A stretch of 52,526 bases of DNA from an uncultured Clostridia bacterium. Lineage in GTDB: Bacteria; Bacillota; Clostridia; Oscillospirales; Acutalibacteraceae. The stretch spans positions 1 through 52,526 of the forward strand of contig CALWJB010000071.1 in assembly GCA_944380895.1 (NCBI GenBank), written 5' to 3'. The translations under genes and the position numbers were made by a program. A model generated the notes under the pieces. The model did no database searches. It was given only the letters and a program-made list of their open reading frames with translations, and was not told the DNA's origin. Below, piece by piece: positions 18,501 to 28,493 of the stretch. Numbering within the stretch: position 1 is the first letter of the stretch; the number at the start of each line of letters is the position of its first letter.

Positions 18501-20272
18501 AACATCGTCTCCTTTTGACCCCTGATTTTTATGTGAACTTCTCTGAGTTGCTGCTCACTGACCTGATTCGGCGAACCAAGCATTACATCTTGAGCGTTGC
18601 TGTTCATCGGAAATGCAATAATTTCTCTGATGTTTTCTTCGTCTGTGAGAAGCATTATCATTCTATCAAGACCCGGTGCCATTCCTGCGTGCGGCGGTGC
18701 GCCAAATCTGAACGCATTATATAGTGCTCCAAATTTTTCTTCAATTGTTTCTTCTCCGTAACCCGCTATTTCAAACGCTTTGAGCATTATTTCAGGATCA
18801 TGATTACGCACGGCACCCGACGAAAGCTCTATACCATTACATACCAAGTCGTACTGGTAAGCAAGTATATCTAGCGGATTTTTATTATTAAGTGCGTCAA
18901 GACCTCCTTGTGGCATGGAAAACGGATTATGTGTGAATATAATTTTTCCTGTTTCGTCATCCTCTTCATACATCGGGAAATCTACTATAAAGCAAAACTC
19001 AAACCTACTTTTATCAATTAAATCAAGCCTATTTGCAAGCTCCGTACGAATTTGTCCCGCGAATTTCGGCGCTGTTTTCGCGCTGTCTGCAATAAAAAAA
19101 ATCACGCTTTCAGGGACAAGATTTGTCCTTTTAATAATTTCTTCTCTCTTGTCATTAGGGATAAACTTATTTATCGGTCCGTTAAATTCACCGTTTTCGG
19201 TTACTTTTATATATCCAAGGCCTTTCATTCCTATTTCAAGTGCATAATCATTCATTTTATCAAAAAATTTTCTAGGCTGTCTCGCACATTTGGGAACAGT
19301 TATCGATCGCACAGTTTTACCGTCAAAAGCCCCAAAACCTGAACCTCTAAATATATCACTGACGTCAATTATCTTAAGTGGATTCCTTAAATCAGGTTTA
19401 TCAGAACCATAGTTTAGCATAGCTTCTTTGAAAGAAATGCGTTTAAACGGCTTTTCTGATACTTTTTTATTCGAAAATTTTGTAAATATTTCATAAATTA
19501 TATCTTCTGTTACCTTAAATACATCTTCTTGAGTAGCAAACGACATCTCATAATCAAGCTGATAAAACTCTCCGGGCGAACGATCTGCTCTTGAATCTTC
19601 ATCTCTAAAGCAAGGCGCTACTTGAAAATATTTGTCAAATCCCGACACCATCAACAATTGCTTAAAAATTTGAGGCGCTTGAGGAAGTGCATAAAATTTG
19701 CCCTGATGTTTTCTACTCGGAATTAAATAATCCCTTGCTCCCTCAGGAGATGACGCCGATAAAATGGGTGTTTGAATCTCAGTAAATCCAAGTTCATGCA
19801 TTTTGTTTCTCAAAAAATGAAGAATTTCAGAACGTAATTGTATTTTGCTATGAACTCCCTTATTTCGCAGATCTAAAAATCTATACTTTAATCTCAATTC
19901 CTCTTTAGTGTCGGTCGAGCTTGTTATCTCGAACGGCAAAAGTTCTTTCGGTTTACTCAAAATTTTGAGATCATAACATTTAATTTCAATTTTTCCCGTT
20001 TTAAGTTTTGGATTTACATTTTCAGGCGTCCTCGCTATAACCTCTCCATGAGCTGATACTATAGTTTCCTTAGAAATATTTTTTAAAAGTACATCATCAT
20101 TGAGCACAATTTGTACGTTACCATAGTGATCACGAACATCCAAAAATGTGATTCCGCCATGATCGCGAATATTCTCCACCCAACCCGAAACTTTAATATT
20201 TTTTCCTATTAAATTTTCTGTAACATCACCACAATAACAACTTCTATAACCGTTTTCAATAAACATATTCAA
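18497..20272 (-). CDS. aspS: aspartyl-tRNA synthetase
   Basis: 591 aa. Class II motifs FRDEDSRADRSPEF-like (FRDEDSRADRSPGEFYQLD) and GAPPHAGMAPGLDR. Its stop overlaps the gatC start. Confidence 0.95.
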   Translation of the reverse strand: MNMFIENGYRSCYCGDVTENLIGKNIKVSGWVENIRDHGGITFLDVRDHYGNVQIVLNDDVLLKNISKETIVSAHGEVIARTPENVNPKLKTGKIEIKCYDLKILSKPKELLPFEITSSTDTKEELRLKYRFLDLRNKGVHSKIQLRSEILHFLRNKMHELGFTEIQTPILSASSPEGARDYLIPSRKHQGKFYALPQAPQIFKQLLMVSGFDKYFQVAPCFRDEDSRADRSPGEFYQLDYEMSFATQEDVFKVTEDIIYEIFTKFSNKKVSEKPFKRISFKEAMLNYGSDKPDLRNPLKIIDVSDIFRGSGFGAFDGKTVRSITVPKCARQPRKFFDKMNDYALEIGMKGLGYIKVTENGEFNGPINKFIPNDKREEIIKRTNLVPESVIFFIADSAKTAPKFAGQIRTELANRLDLIDKSRFEFCFIVDFPMYEEDDETGKIIFTHNPFSMPQGGLDALNNKNPLDILAYQYDLVCNGIELSSGAVRNHDPEIMLKAFEIAGYGEETIEEKFGALYNAFRFGAPPHAGMAPGLDRMIMLLTDEENIREIIAFPMNSNAQDVMLGSPNQVSEQQLREVHIKIRGQKETML

Positions 20273-20548
20273 AAGTCCTTTCTTAAATATATGAAAATAA
20301 ACATATGAAGAAAATTATACCACAAATAGAAAGTATCTTTCAATTGCTTAAAATCGACATTTTTAAAATGTAAAAAATATACATAAAATAAAAACATTAA
20401 ATAAAAATTACGTTTATGTATCTAAACATGTTTCGTGAATGTTGTTTTTTTGTAATTTTTTGTTATAATAATTTAAGAAAGGTCTTTTAAATGAAGTTAC
20501 CATTAGCGTTATTTTTATTAGTGGTTAAATAAGGAGGAAGTTTAGTTA

Positions 20549-21919
20549 ATGAGTTCAGATACTCAAAAACTTAAAAAAGTTGTTAAAAATAGCATATTAC
20601 CCGTACTTTCTTGCACATTTTTTTTGGCAACGGTATCATATTTTAACAATCAAAATTATGGACTGGCACTGGAATATAACGGTGAACAAATTGCAACCGT
20701 TTCGCGTGAAGAAATATACGAAAAAGCTAATCATATGATTATGGATCAGCTTACCCCCGATGAAAAATCAAAAGTTGAAAGCAAATATTCACAAATTAAA
20801 ATTGTTCCGATAAACGCAGAAGAATGCTGTGAATCTCCCAGCGAAATCAAGAATAAAATAATTGAGAATTCACAAGATATTTTTGTGGAAGCCTGCGGCG
20901 TTTATGTTGACGACAAACTTATAGGAGTCGGTAAAAACGAAGAATCACTGAAGAGTATGCTGGAAGGCGCCATAGAAAAGCAGAGAGAACTGAACCCCGA
21001 TAAAATCGTAAATATCGCAGAAAAGATCGAATTTAAAAAAGGTTTTTTCGCTCCGGAAGATGTTAAAAGCAGTGAAGAGCTTAGAAATTACTTTTTTGAT
21101 GAAACCGAAAAAGAATTTAAATATCTCACTTCAAAAAACGAAACCATCGCAAGTATAGCCAAAAAATTCGATATCTCCGAAGAAATCATAAAAAACAAAA
21201 ATAATATAGACAAAGAAACAGTGGCACCGTATGATGTATTGAAAATAACACTTAGAGAATCTATTCTCCACTTTGAATTTTCGAAAACAGTTGAAGAAGA
21301 AATGGAAATTCCATTCGAAACCGAAGAAAAACAAAATGATTCACAATATAAATCTTGGTCTGAAGTGATACAAGAAGGCAAAAACGGTAAAGAAATTTTT
21401 ATCTATGAAATTAAGTATGACGTAAACGGCAAAGAGCTCAGCAAAACAGAATTAAATCACGCTGTTATTTCGGAGCCTGTAGCCAAAATAATAGAAAAAG
21501 GAACCAAAGAAGAACCCGAAGGATTTTTATGGCCCGTTCCATATACGCGTAATATAACAAGTCCGTTCGGACCGCGTTGGGGCACCATACACAAGGGAAT
21601 AGACATCGCAGAAGCAGGTGTACTTGGTACGGATATTGTCGCAGCGGATGACGGAGTTGTACAAAAAGCATCTTATGGCTCCACGGGTTACGGAAATCAC
21701 ATAGTTATTAAGCATGAAGGTGTGTACTCAACTCTCTATGCTCATTGCAAGGAACTTAGTGTAAAAGCTGGAGATAAAATAAAAAAAGGTCAAGTAATCG
21801 CGAAAGTGGGCAGTACGGGAGATTCTACAGGTCCGCATCTGCATTTCGAAATAAGAATAAACGGACAGCAAGTAGATCCACAGGAATATCTTCAAAAAAT
21901 AAAAAACAGACATCATTAA
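20549..21919 (+). CDS. secreted/membrane-anchored M23 peptidoglycan endopeptidase with LysM- and G5-like segments
   Basis: N-terminal TM segment, a LysM-like ETIASIAKKFDISEEIIKNKN, and a G5-like WSEVIQEGKNGKEIFIYEIKY. M23 motifs HKGIDIA, GYGNHIVIKH and GPHLHFEIR are present. Confidence 0.85.
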   Translation: MSSDTQKLKKVVKNSILPVLSCTFFLATVSYFNNQNYGLALEYNGEQIATVSREEIYEKANHMIMDQLTPDEKSKVESKYSQIKIVPINAEECCESPSEIKNKIIENSQDIFVEACGVYVDDKLIGVGKNEESLKSMLEGAIEKQRELNPDKIVNIAEKIEFKKGFFAPEDVKSSEELRNYFFDETEKEFKYLTSKNETIASIAKKFDISEEIIKNKNNIDKETVAPYDVLKITLRESILHFEFSKTVEEEMEIPFETEEKQNDSQYKSWSEVIQEGKNGKEIFIYEIKYDVNGKELSKTELNHAVISEPVAKIIEKGTKEEPEGFLWPVPYTRNITSPFGPRWGTIHKGIDIAEAGVLGTDIVAADDGVVQKASYGSTGYGNHIVIKHEGVYSTLYAHCKELSVKAGDKIKKGQVIAKVGSTGDSTGPHLHFEIRINGQQVDPQEYLQKIKNRHH

Positions 21920-21937
21920 TTTGGTGTCTGTTTTTTT
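21906..21937 (+). terminator. rho-independent terminator of the M23 peptidase gene
   Basis: ACAGACA / TGTCTGT stem enclosing the stop codon, followed by T7. Confidence 0.6.
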
Positions 21938-21947
21938 GCATAAAAAA

Positions 21948-21975
21948 TACCCTTGATCACTTTAGATCAAGGGTA
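21948..21975 (-). terminator. rho-independent terminator of the ABC-2 exporter operon
   Basis: Perfect 11-bp stem TACCCTTGATC / GATCAAGGGTA. On the minus strand it is followed by TTTTTTATG. Confidence 0.75.
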
Positions 21976-21983
21976 AAAGTATA

Positions 21984-22832
21984 TTAATCTATATCTCTTT
22001 TTTTGAATGTCCATAATCCGATCACAGTTGCAATAACTATATAGACTGCACAAACAATTAATCCTCTGGTAAGTATCGGCTGGAAAAAGTCCATGTGCAA
22101 AATATCTATATTCGAAAATTCCGAAAGATACGGCAGCGGCCAATAATCATTCGACGAGAAATTTTCAATCTTAAGCCAGCTATTAAGCCAATCTACCGAA
22201 GCAACAACCGGAGCAAGCCAACTATTGACTGCAAAATCTATTAAGGTAAGCACCATGCTCGGTAAAAATGCGAAAATCGCAATATTCACACCAATAGTCC
22301 AGCCTGTACTGCGAATCAAAAATCCCATCATTTGAAAAATACTTTGCAGTGCAATTTGGGCTAAAAGGAAAAGTCCGAAAATCTCTAAAATATCCAAAAA
22401 TATATTCCTGTCAAAATCGCCGACACCCGCAAGACAGCAACCTGTGATAAATGCCGCAGCAGCACAAAGCAAGCTGTATGCAACCGATATAAAAATCGTA
22501 ACTATAAATTTCGAAAAATATATTCCCATCCTGCTTATACCGCTCGGAACAATATTTTTTATGGTTCCAAATTTGAATTCTCCGGGCACAAACATAGATA
22601 CCAGTATCGTTATAAACAAAGTCGCCGAGCCCAGACCTAATGCGAGAGAGTATACACCCGTGTACTGAGAAATAAACATATCCTCAAGACCGTACATTGC
22701 ATACTGCATTTTATCCATAGCATTAGCTGCAAAAATTCCTAACCCCGCAAGCACAGCTGCGATTAATCCGCATATGTAGAATGATTTCATTCTAAAAAGC
22801 TTATAAAAATCAGATTTAATAAGTCCAAACAT
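21984..22832 (-). CDS. ABC-2 type exporter permease
   Basis: 282-aa protein with about 6 TM segments, translationally coupled to the upstream ABC ATPase. Confidence 0.7.
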   Translation of the reverse strand: MFGLIKSDFYKLFRMKSFYICGLIAAVLAGLGIFAANAMDKMQYAMYGLEDMFISQYTGVYSLALGLGSATLFITILVSMFVPGEFKFGTIKNIVPSGISRMGIYFSKFIVTIFISVAYSLLCAAAAFITGCCLAGVGDFDRNIFLDILEIFGLFLLAQIALQSIFQMMGFLIRSTGWTIGVNIAIFAFLPSMVLTLIDFAVNSWLAPVVASVDWLNSWLKIENFSSNDYWPLPYLSEFSNIDILHMDFFQPILTRGLIVCAVYIVIATVIGLWTFKKRDID

Positions 22833-23791
22833 TATTCTTCACCTTCTTCCATAAGTTTAATGAGATACTCTTCGTTATCATCGTTTATTGTTCTCACAGA
22901 GCTTATAACAATGTCGTTTTCTTCAAGACATCTCTTAATATCATCGCACTTTTCAACCGCTTCGCCAATACGTATCCAATTGCCCTGAATCTCCATATCA
23001 TTTATTCCAAACACTTCCGTAAAAATGGCACGAGCTTTTTCGGGGTCGTTTACTACAAATTCTGCCTGAGGTTTTACGATTTCTCTCAGTTCTTCAACAG
23101 TTAACTGCTTTACAATTCTGCCGTCTTTTATAATTCCGTAGCAAGTTGCAATCTTCATAAGCTCACCCAAAATATGACTCGAAATAAGCACAGTGATCCC
23201 GGCCTCTTTGGTTAATTTCAAAATTAAATTCCTGATATCTTTTATTCCAATCGGGTCAAGACCGTTTATAGGCTCGTCCAAAATTAAAAATTCAGGACTA
23301 CCCACAAGAGCTATAGCAATGGCAAGCCTCTGCTTCATACCAAGAGAAAACTTCTTCGCTTTTTTGTTTCCCACATCGCTAAGGCCCACTATACTGAGTA
23401 CTTGATCGGTAATCTTCTTGTCACCTATACCCTTCATAATGCGCTGAACCTCTATATTTTCACGTGCACTCATATAAGGATATATCGCAGGATTTTCAAT
23501 AATCGTACCGATTTTTTTGCGTCCCTCCGAAAGATCGCTGCTCCCGAAAAGCTCAATGCTACCCGATGTCGGATTTGTAAGACCTGAAATCATTTTGATG
23601 GTTGTTGTCTTTCCTGCACCGTTTTTCCCAATGAATCCATATATGTCGCCTTTGCGAATTTTAATACTTAAATTATCCACAACAGCTCTTTTGGAATATT
23701 TTTTGGTTAAATTTTTAGTTTCCAATACATATTCTGTCACAGAAACTCCTCCTTCAATTAAATTTCCAAATACAGCATTAATATATATCAA
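22832..23791 (-). CDS. ABC exporter ATP-binding protein
   Basis: Walker A GKNGAGKTT, signature FSLGMKQRL and Walker B LILDEPINGLD. A likelier start is the GTG at 23740, 5 nt after GGAGGAG. Confidence 0.9.
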   Translation of the reverse strand: MIYINAVFGNLIEGGVSVTEYVLETKNLTKKYSKRAVVDNLSIKIRKGDIYGFIGKNGAGKTTTIKMISGLTNPTSGSIELFGSSDLSEGRKKIGTIIENPAIYPYMSARENIEVQRIMKGIGDKKITDQVLSIVGLSDVGNKKAKKFSLGMKQRLAIAIALVGSPEFLILDEPINGLDPIGIKDIRNLILKLTKEAGITVLISSHILGELMKIATCYGIIKDGRIVKQLTVEELREIVKPQAEFVVNDPEKARAIFTEVFGINDMEIQGNWIRIGEAVEKCDDIKRCLEENDIVISSVRTINDDNEEYLIKLMEEGEE

Positions 23792-23830
23792 TTTAAAAAA
23801 TAAGTCAAGAGATAATTAAAGATTTTTAAT

Positions 23831-25216
23831 TTACTTGTTTTTGACAAAATCATTGCGTATATCTTTTATCATGGCCCCCGCAATCGGTCCCGCAGACTTT
23901 ATGCCGAAATCTCCGTTTTCCACCACAACCACAAAAGCTATCGGAAAGCTCTCATCATATGAAAAACCAACCATCCAGCCGTGTGGAAGCTTATTCTCTC
24001 CCACTTCTGCCGTTCCTGTTTTTGCGCACATCCGAATGCCTCCGAAAAGTGAATCGTTATACTGATTTTTCATTGTAAAACGCATCATTTCTTTCATTTT
24101 GTCCGCAATAATTTTTGAAATAATATTTCTTTCGGATGTGTTTGTAAATTTTTGATTATCATTTGTGCCTGAAACCGCAATTGATTTTACAACAAACGGC
24201 TCGATGAGATTTCCGCCATTTGCAAGAGCACCCATAATTTTAAGCATATACATCGGATTTAACGTGTCTGTATACTGCCCTATCCCCGACCAACCCAAAC
24301 CAGCTTTTGACGCTGAATTTACATCATATGTACTTTTTGCAAGTTCTATTCCTTCAAAAGTCTGCAAAGAATTAAAACCAAATTTTTCAAGTTCCGAGGT
24401 CATTTTCTCTTTCCCGAGTTCCACTGCAATATCACAAAAAGCCATATCGCAAGACTTTGAAAATGCAGTTTTCAGATCGAGTTTTCCGTGACTTTGCATG
24501 CACGTCACTTTCTCGCCGTCTATAATCTTAATCTTTTTGCATTCGTATTTACGAGTTTCTGCATCCGGTAAACATTTTATTCCAACCATCGTCGTAAAAA
24601 TTTTAAACACGGAACCCGGAGTATAGGCCGCGGATAAGGCGCGGTTTAGATATACTCCGTCATATTTTCCGTCTGAATCTTTTGTAAAATCAGGACGATC
24701 ATTTACATCATATGTCGGCAAACTGACCATACAAATCACTTCGCCCGTCTTGTAATTGTAAGCAACAGCAGTACCTTTTTTATTACCGAATTTTTTGGAA
24801 ACCGAAGCACAAATTTTAGAATCCAAAGTAAGCGTCACGTCTTGATTTGAGCTGAAGTACTCAGGCGCACCGAAACCTGTAATAAAATTGTATCCGAAAA
24901 GCTCTGCGTTATATCTGCTTTGAACGGAAGTCGGAATAAGCGTGGAACCATCACCAACAGTATGAAGTACCGCATTTCTGACATCGCTGCTCTCATGATA
25001 CATCCTCTTTCCGTTTATCGTCTGAGCCAAAATTTCACCTTTTATATCAAAAATTTTTCCGCCCGAAAGTGAGTCGCTTGATAAATGCCTGTTAACTGGT
25101 GAAAATGCCCAGTTTTTAGAATTTTGAGCAAATTCAAATATGTAATATCCAAGTCCTGCAAAGAATGCAAATATCACAAAATATAAAATCATAGACCGAA
25201 ATTTCATGTTTCTCAT
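23831..25216 (-). CDS. penicillin-binding protein 2-type transpeptidase
   Basis: N-terminal TM anchor, the SxxK motif in YTPGSVFK, and KTGT in AKTGTAE. It is adjacent to a SEDS (RodA/FtsW) gene. Confidence 0.85.
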   Translation of the reverse strand: MRNMKFRSMILYFVIFAFFAGLGYYIFEFAQNSKNWAFSPVNRHLSSDSLSGGKIFDIKGEILAQTINGKRMYHESSDVRNAVLHTVGDGSTLIPTSVQSRYNAELFGYNFITGFGAPEYFSSNQDVTLTLDSKICASVSKKFGNKKGTAVAYNYKTGEVICMVSLPTYDVNDRPDFTKDSDGKYDGVYLNRALSAAYTPGSVFKIFTTMVGIKCLPDAETRKYECKKIKIIDGEKVTCMQSHGKLDLKTAFSKSCDMAFCDIAVELGKEKMTSELEKFGFNSLQTFEGIELAKSTYDVNSASKAGLGWSGIGQYTDTLNPMYMLKIMGALANGGNLIEPFVVKSIAVSGTNDNQKFTNTSERNIISKIIADKMKEMMRFTMKNQYNDSLFGGIRMCAKTGTAEVGENKLPHGWMVGFSYDESFPIAFVVVVENGDFGIKSAGPIAGAMIKDIRNDFVKNK

Positions 25217-25227
25217 ATTTTCGCCTC

Positions 25228-26883
25228 CTATTCTCTTGAATACGTACGTTCATCGGAAGCTTTTATGAAAGCCATAAGCGCCCAAACTGAAACCAAACTT
25301 GAACCACCCAAACTTATAAATGGCAGCGTTACACCTGTAAGCGGAAGAATATCAGTTACACCGAAAACATTCATAATCATCTGAAATGTCATCATTCCCG
25401 CCGCACAGCAAGAAGAAATCGTGTAAAACGCAGACCTTGATCTGATTCCCGCTTGCCTTACGTAAATAGCTAAAAAAACTATCATTAATAGTACTATTAT
25501 TCCAAGCACCGTACCCCATTCCTCACACAACATTCCAAAAACCAAATCGCTCGGTGCAGCAAAAATATACTTCAAATAACCCTTTCCTATACCCAATCCC
25601 AAAAGTCCACCGCTTGCACTGTATGTAAGAACACGCGTTTGCTGATATCCAATATCATTCAGATGTTCCCAAACATGGCGCCATGCCGAAAAACGCGTCA
25701 CTATATATGGCTTGAAATTAAATATAAATGCCGCTCCCAAAGCTGCAGTCGCACAAGTTAAAACAACCGTACGAATACTTCCCGACCTCATGAATGCAAT
25801 AAGTATGAACGTCACTAAAAATATGAGTGCTGTACCGAAATCTCCCATTAAAAACAGCGCTCCCATACACGCCGCGGAAAAAAGTATGAACCATGTTAAA
25901 TTTTTTGTGGTTTGTATGCCTTTTAAGGTGGATGCTCCCAAAAAAATGAATGCCACTTTTACAAATTCAGACGGTTGAACAGAATATCCGCCTATCATTA
26001 TCCAGTTTTGAGAACCGTTTTTTACTTTTCCAAAAATTAAGTTTGCCGCCAAAAGTGTCAACGCAAAAAATGCAACGTATGGTCTTAATTTCATTGAAAA
26101 ATCGGCATGCTTTATGATCAAAACAATAACTTCAAAAATTATTATTCCGATTGCCATTGCAATAAGCTGAGTAAAAGCATCGTTTATATCCACCCCACAT
26201 AAATTAATAACGCCTATTCCGCTAAGAAACATAGCTATTGCTTCGATTTCAAAATTATCACGCCCAAAACCGTATTTCGTAACAATGAAAACAAGCCACT
26301 CAAAAAGAAGCATAATTCCACTTAAAATAACAGGTTTATAGTCCAAATCTCCCGAACTAAAACAAACGCTTAAAGTTGATAACATTTGAAAAACCGTTAT
26401 CAAAGTAAGAAGTCCGCCACCTGAATAAGTATCATAATCATAATCGTTATCGCCACTGCCTTTATTTTTCAGCTTCAACACATCGGCACGGCAAATCTCA
26501 AGCTTAACTCCGCCTATGTTGATCACATCGCCTATAAATACTTTTTCATCATTTTCGATTTTTTCTCCATTTACCGAAATACCCATTTTAGAATTTGTGT
26601 CAGCTATAAACCATCCTTCCCTGCGCCTATAAAGAACTGCATGGTCTCTTGAAACAGAAGGCAAATTAAGCACTATATCGCAGTGCTTGTCCCGCCCAAC
26701 AGAATTTTCCCAATACATAATCGGCATTTTTTCGCCAGTAGCACGATTTAACAGCACAATCAGCGGATGCATCGGCTTTAAACTTCGAAAAAGAGCTCTA
26801 AAACAGCAGTATGCAATCAAAATGGCCATAAACGGCAAAATTATCTGTATCGAATATAAAAACAAAGAGAACATCGTTTTCAT
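25228..26883 (-). CDS. FHA-domain / SEDS (RodA/FtsW/SpoVE) fusion protein
   Basis: N-terminal TM segment, then an FHA core (SVGRDKHCDIVLNLPSVSRDHAVLYRRREGWFIADTNSKMGISVNGEKI), then a roughly 10-TM SEDS domain (..GYQQTRVL..PLTGVTLPFISLGGSS). Confidence 0.85.
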   Translation of the reverse strand: MKTMFSLFLYSIQIILPFMAILIAYCCFRALFRSLKPMHPLIVLLNRATGEKMPIMYWENSVGRDKHCDIVLNLPSVSRDHAVLYRRREGWFIADTNSKMGISVNGEKIENDEKVFIGDVINIGGVKLEICRADVLKLKNKGSGDNDYDYDTYSGGGLLTLITVFQMLSTLSVCFSSGDLDYKPVILSGIMLLFEWLVFIVTKYGFGRDNFEIEAIAMFLSGIGVINLCGVDINDAFTQLIAMAIGIIIFEVIVLIIKHADFSMKLRPYVAFFALTLLAANLIFGKVKNGSQNWIMIGGYSVQPSEFVKVAFIFLGASTLKGIQTTKNLTWFILFSAACMGALFLMGDFGTALIFLVTFILIAFMRSGSIRTVVLTCATAALGAAFIFNFKPYIVTRFSAWRHVWEHLNDIGYQQTRVLTYSASGGLLGLGIGKGYLKYIFAAPSDLVFGMLCEEWGTVLGIIVLLMIVFLAIYVRQAGIRSRSAFYTISSCCAAGMMTFQMIMNVFGVTDILPLTGVTLPFISLGGSSLVSVWALMAFIKASDERTYSRE

Positions 26884-26894
26884 AAAATCACCTC

Positions 26895-28487
26895 CTAATT
26901 TATCGGACTAATTTTTCTCATCAATGATTTTATAATTTTAATAATCTCTTTAAATTCGGAAGTTTTGTAAAATAAAATTAAATTGAGAGTATTTGGAATA
27001 ATCATAGATACAGCCAAATAAAATAATATTTCAGAAACGTGGAACGACGACGAAATGGGTACCCCAATCTTGCTTATAAATTCAGAAAGATTTTCTAAAA
27101 CTAAAGTTTTATTTTTGAAAAATTCGCAAACTGAATATGATAAAACAGCGTAAAACAGTGTTAATGAAGTATATAAAATAAATTTCATATGATATGGTTT
27201 CACATTCTTTTTAAATACCCCATCATAAACAAGATATGCTTGAACCCAGTAGGAAATCGACATTATTCCAACTATGTTCCCGATCATAACACCTATTATG
27301 CCAAGTGGTTTGGCTAAAACCAAAGATACCGCAAATGTTACAAACGCTCCAAGTATTGCCATATATTTATCGGGGTCATATATTCCCGCAACTACCTTTG
27401 CCATTGTCACAGATTGCCTTATTCCATATACATATAAATATCCTGCAATAGAAACCGTTGTTGCCAGCCCGAAAGATGAACCTTCTCCGGTCCAAAGCGT
27501 TACGAACGGCGCCGATATACACAGAAATCCACTTACTATAAAAGAATACATCAAAAAATTCACGAAATATAAAATATTAAAATTTTTATAAACTTTTTCT
27601 CTGCTTTCGGTGTTCAAAAGATTGCCAAAACTCGCCAAAATTCCATTAAACACTTCATTCGTGATTGTGTTGAGACCCGTGACTACAAGCATATAATTGC
27701 CGTAAATTCCGTTTTCTCTCAGACTTATAAAATACATTATTATGAGGCTTGAAACCGTAGTTGCTCCGAATCCGGAAACTTTATGACACAAAAGCGCTTT
27801 CATATTCTTAAATAAATCTTTTTTCTCGATTTCAGGCATAGGCACCTTTGTTTTTAGATTTATATAACTATATTTTTTATTAAATTTATATGAAATGACC
27901 ATATTTTCGGTCAATCTGAATATTATCTTGGATATAAGATACATCTCAAATGAACCGAAAATTTTCAAAATTGCTATCTGAGACGCAAAAAGAGTCAGCT
28001 GAACCACTATATGCGTTGTATTATTTATATAATTTTTTTGATCAGCTATGAACATCGCTCTTTTATGCGAGTAGAGATATGACGCAACAACATCCAGAAC
28101 ATAAAGCATAAAAATTTGCATTAGCCATAATTTGGAAAAATCTTCTTTTATGGGCATCGCCACAAAATAAGAACATACCGCACCCAAAATCATAATTACC
28201 GCGGCAATCACATAGTAACACTTCTTCAAAAAACAAAGTATGGATGACACTTGACACCAATTTTTTTCGGCTATAGGTTGATAAAGTTTATAAACTATTC
28301 CAAAACCAAGCCCCAATTCAACGATCGCAAGCATAGAAACTACATATAAAAATCCGCTCTCAATTCCTACAATTTCGAGCCCCAAAACACTCGCAAAAAT
28401 TCGTCTTGTTACAAATGAGCATACCATGATCGTGCCGTAAGAAAGAAAGCTCACAATTATATTGATAAAAGAATTTTTTGTTCTCAT
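26895..28487 (-). CDS. Wzx-like polysaccharide/oligosaccharide flippase (MOP superfamily)
   Basis: 530-aa polytopic membrane protein with a Wzx-like N-terminus (NSFINIIVSFLSYGTIMVCSFVTRRIFASVLG). It sits within a glycan locus. Confidence 0.65.
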   Translation of the reverse strand: MRTKNSFINIIVSFLSYGTIMVCSFVTRRIFASVLGLEIVGIESGFLYVVSMLAIVELGLGFGIVYKLYQPIAEKNWCQVSSILCFLKKCYYVIAAVIMILGAVCSYFVAMPIKEDFSKLWLMQIFMLYVLDVVASYLYSHKRAMFIADQKNYINNTTHIVVQLTLFASQIAILKIFGSFEMYLISKIIFRLTENMVISYKFNKKYSYINLKTKVPMPEIEKKDLFKNMKALLCHKVSGFGATTVSSLIIMYFISLRENGIYGNYMLVVTGLNTITNEVFNGILASFGNLLNTESREKVYKNFNILYFVNFLMYSFIVSGFLCISAPFVTLWTGEGSSFGLATTVSIAGYLYVYGIRQSVTMAKVVAGIYDPDKYMAILGAFVTFAVSLVLAKPLGIIGVMIGNIVGIMSISYWVQAYLVYDGVFKKNVKPYHMKFILYTSLTLFYAVLSYSVCEFFKNKTLVLENLSEFISKIGVPISSSFHVSEILFYLAVSMIIPNTLNLILFYKTSEFKEIIKIIKSLMRKISPIN

Positions 28488-28493
28488 AAATAT

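Noticed and set aside
20273-20548. An expected T-box riboswitch leader upstream of aspS (minus strand).
   Set aside because: I could not find the conserved T-box sequence (…GGTGGTACCGCG-like) or a specifier/terminator architecture. The region is almost pure A/T.
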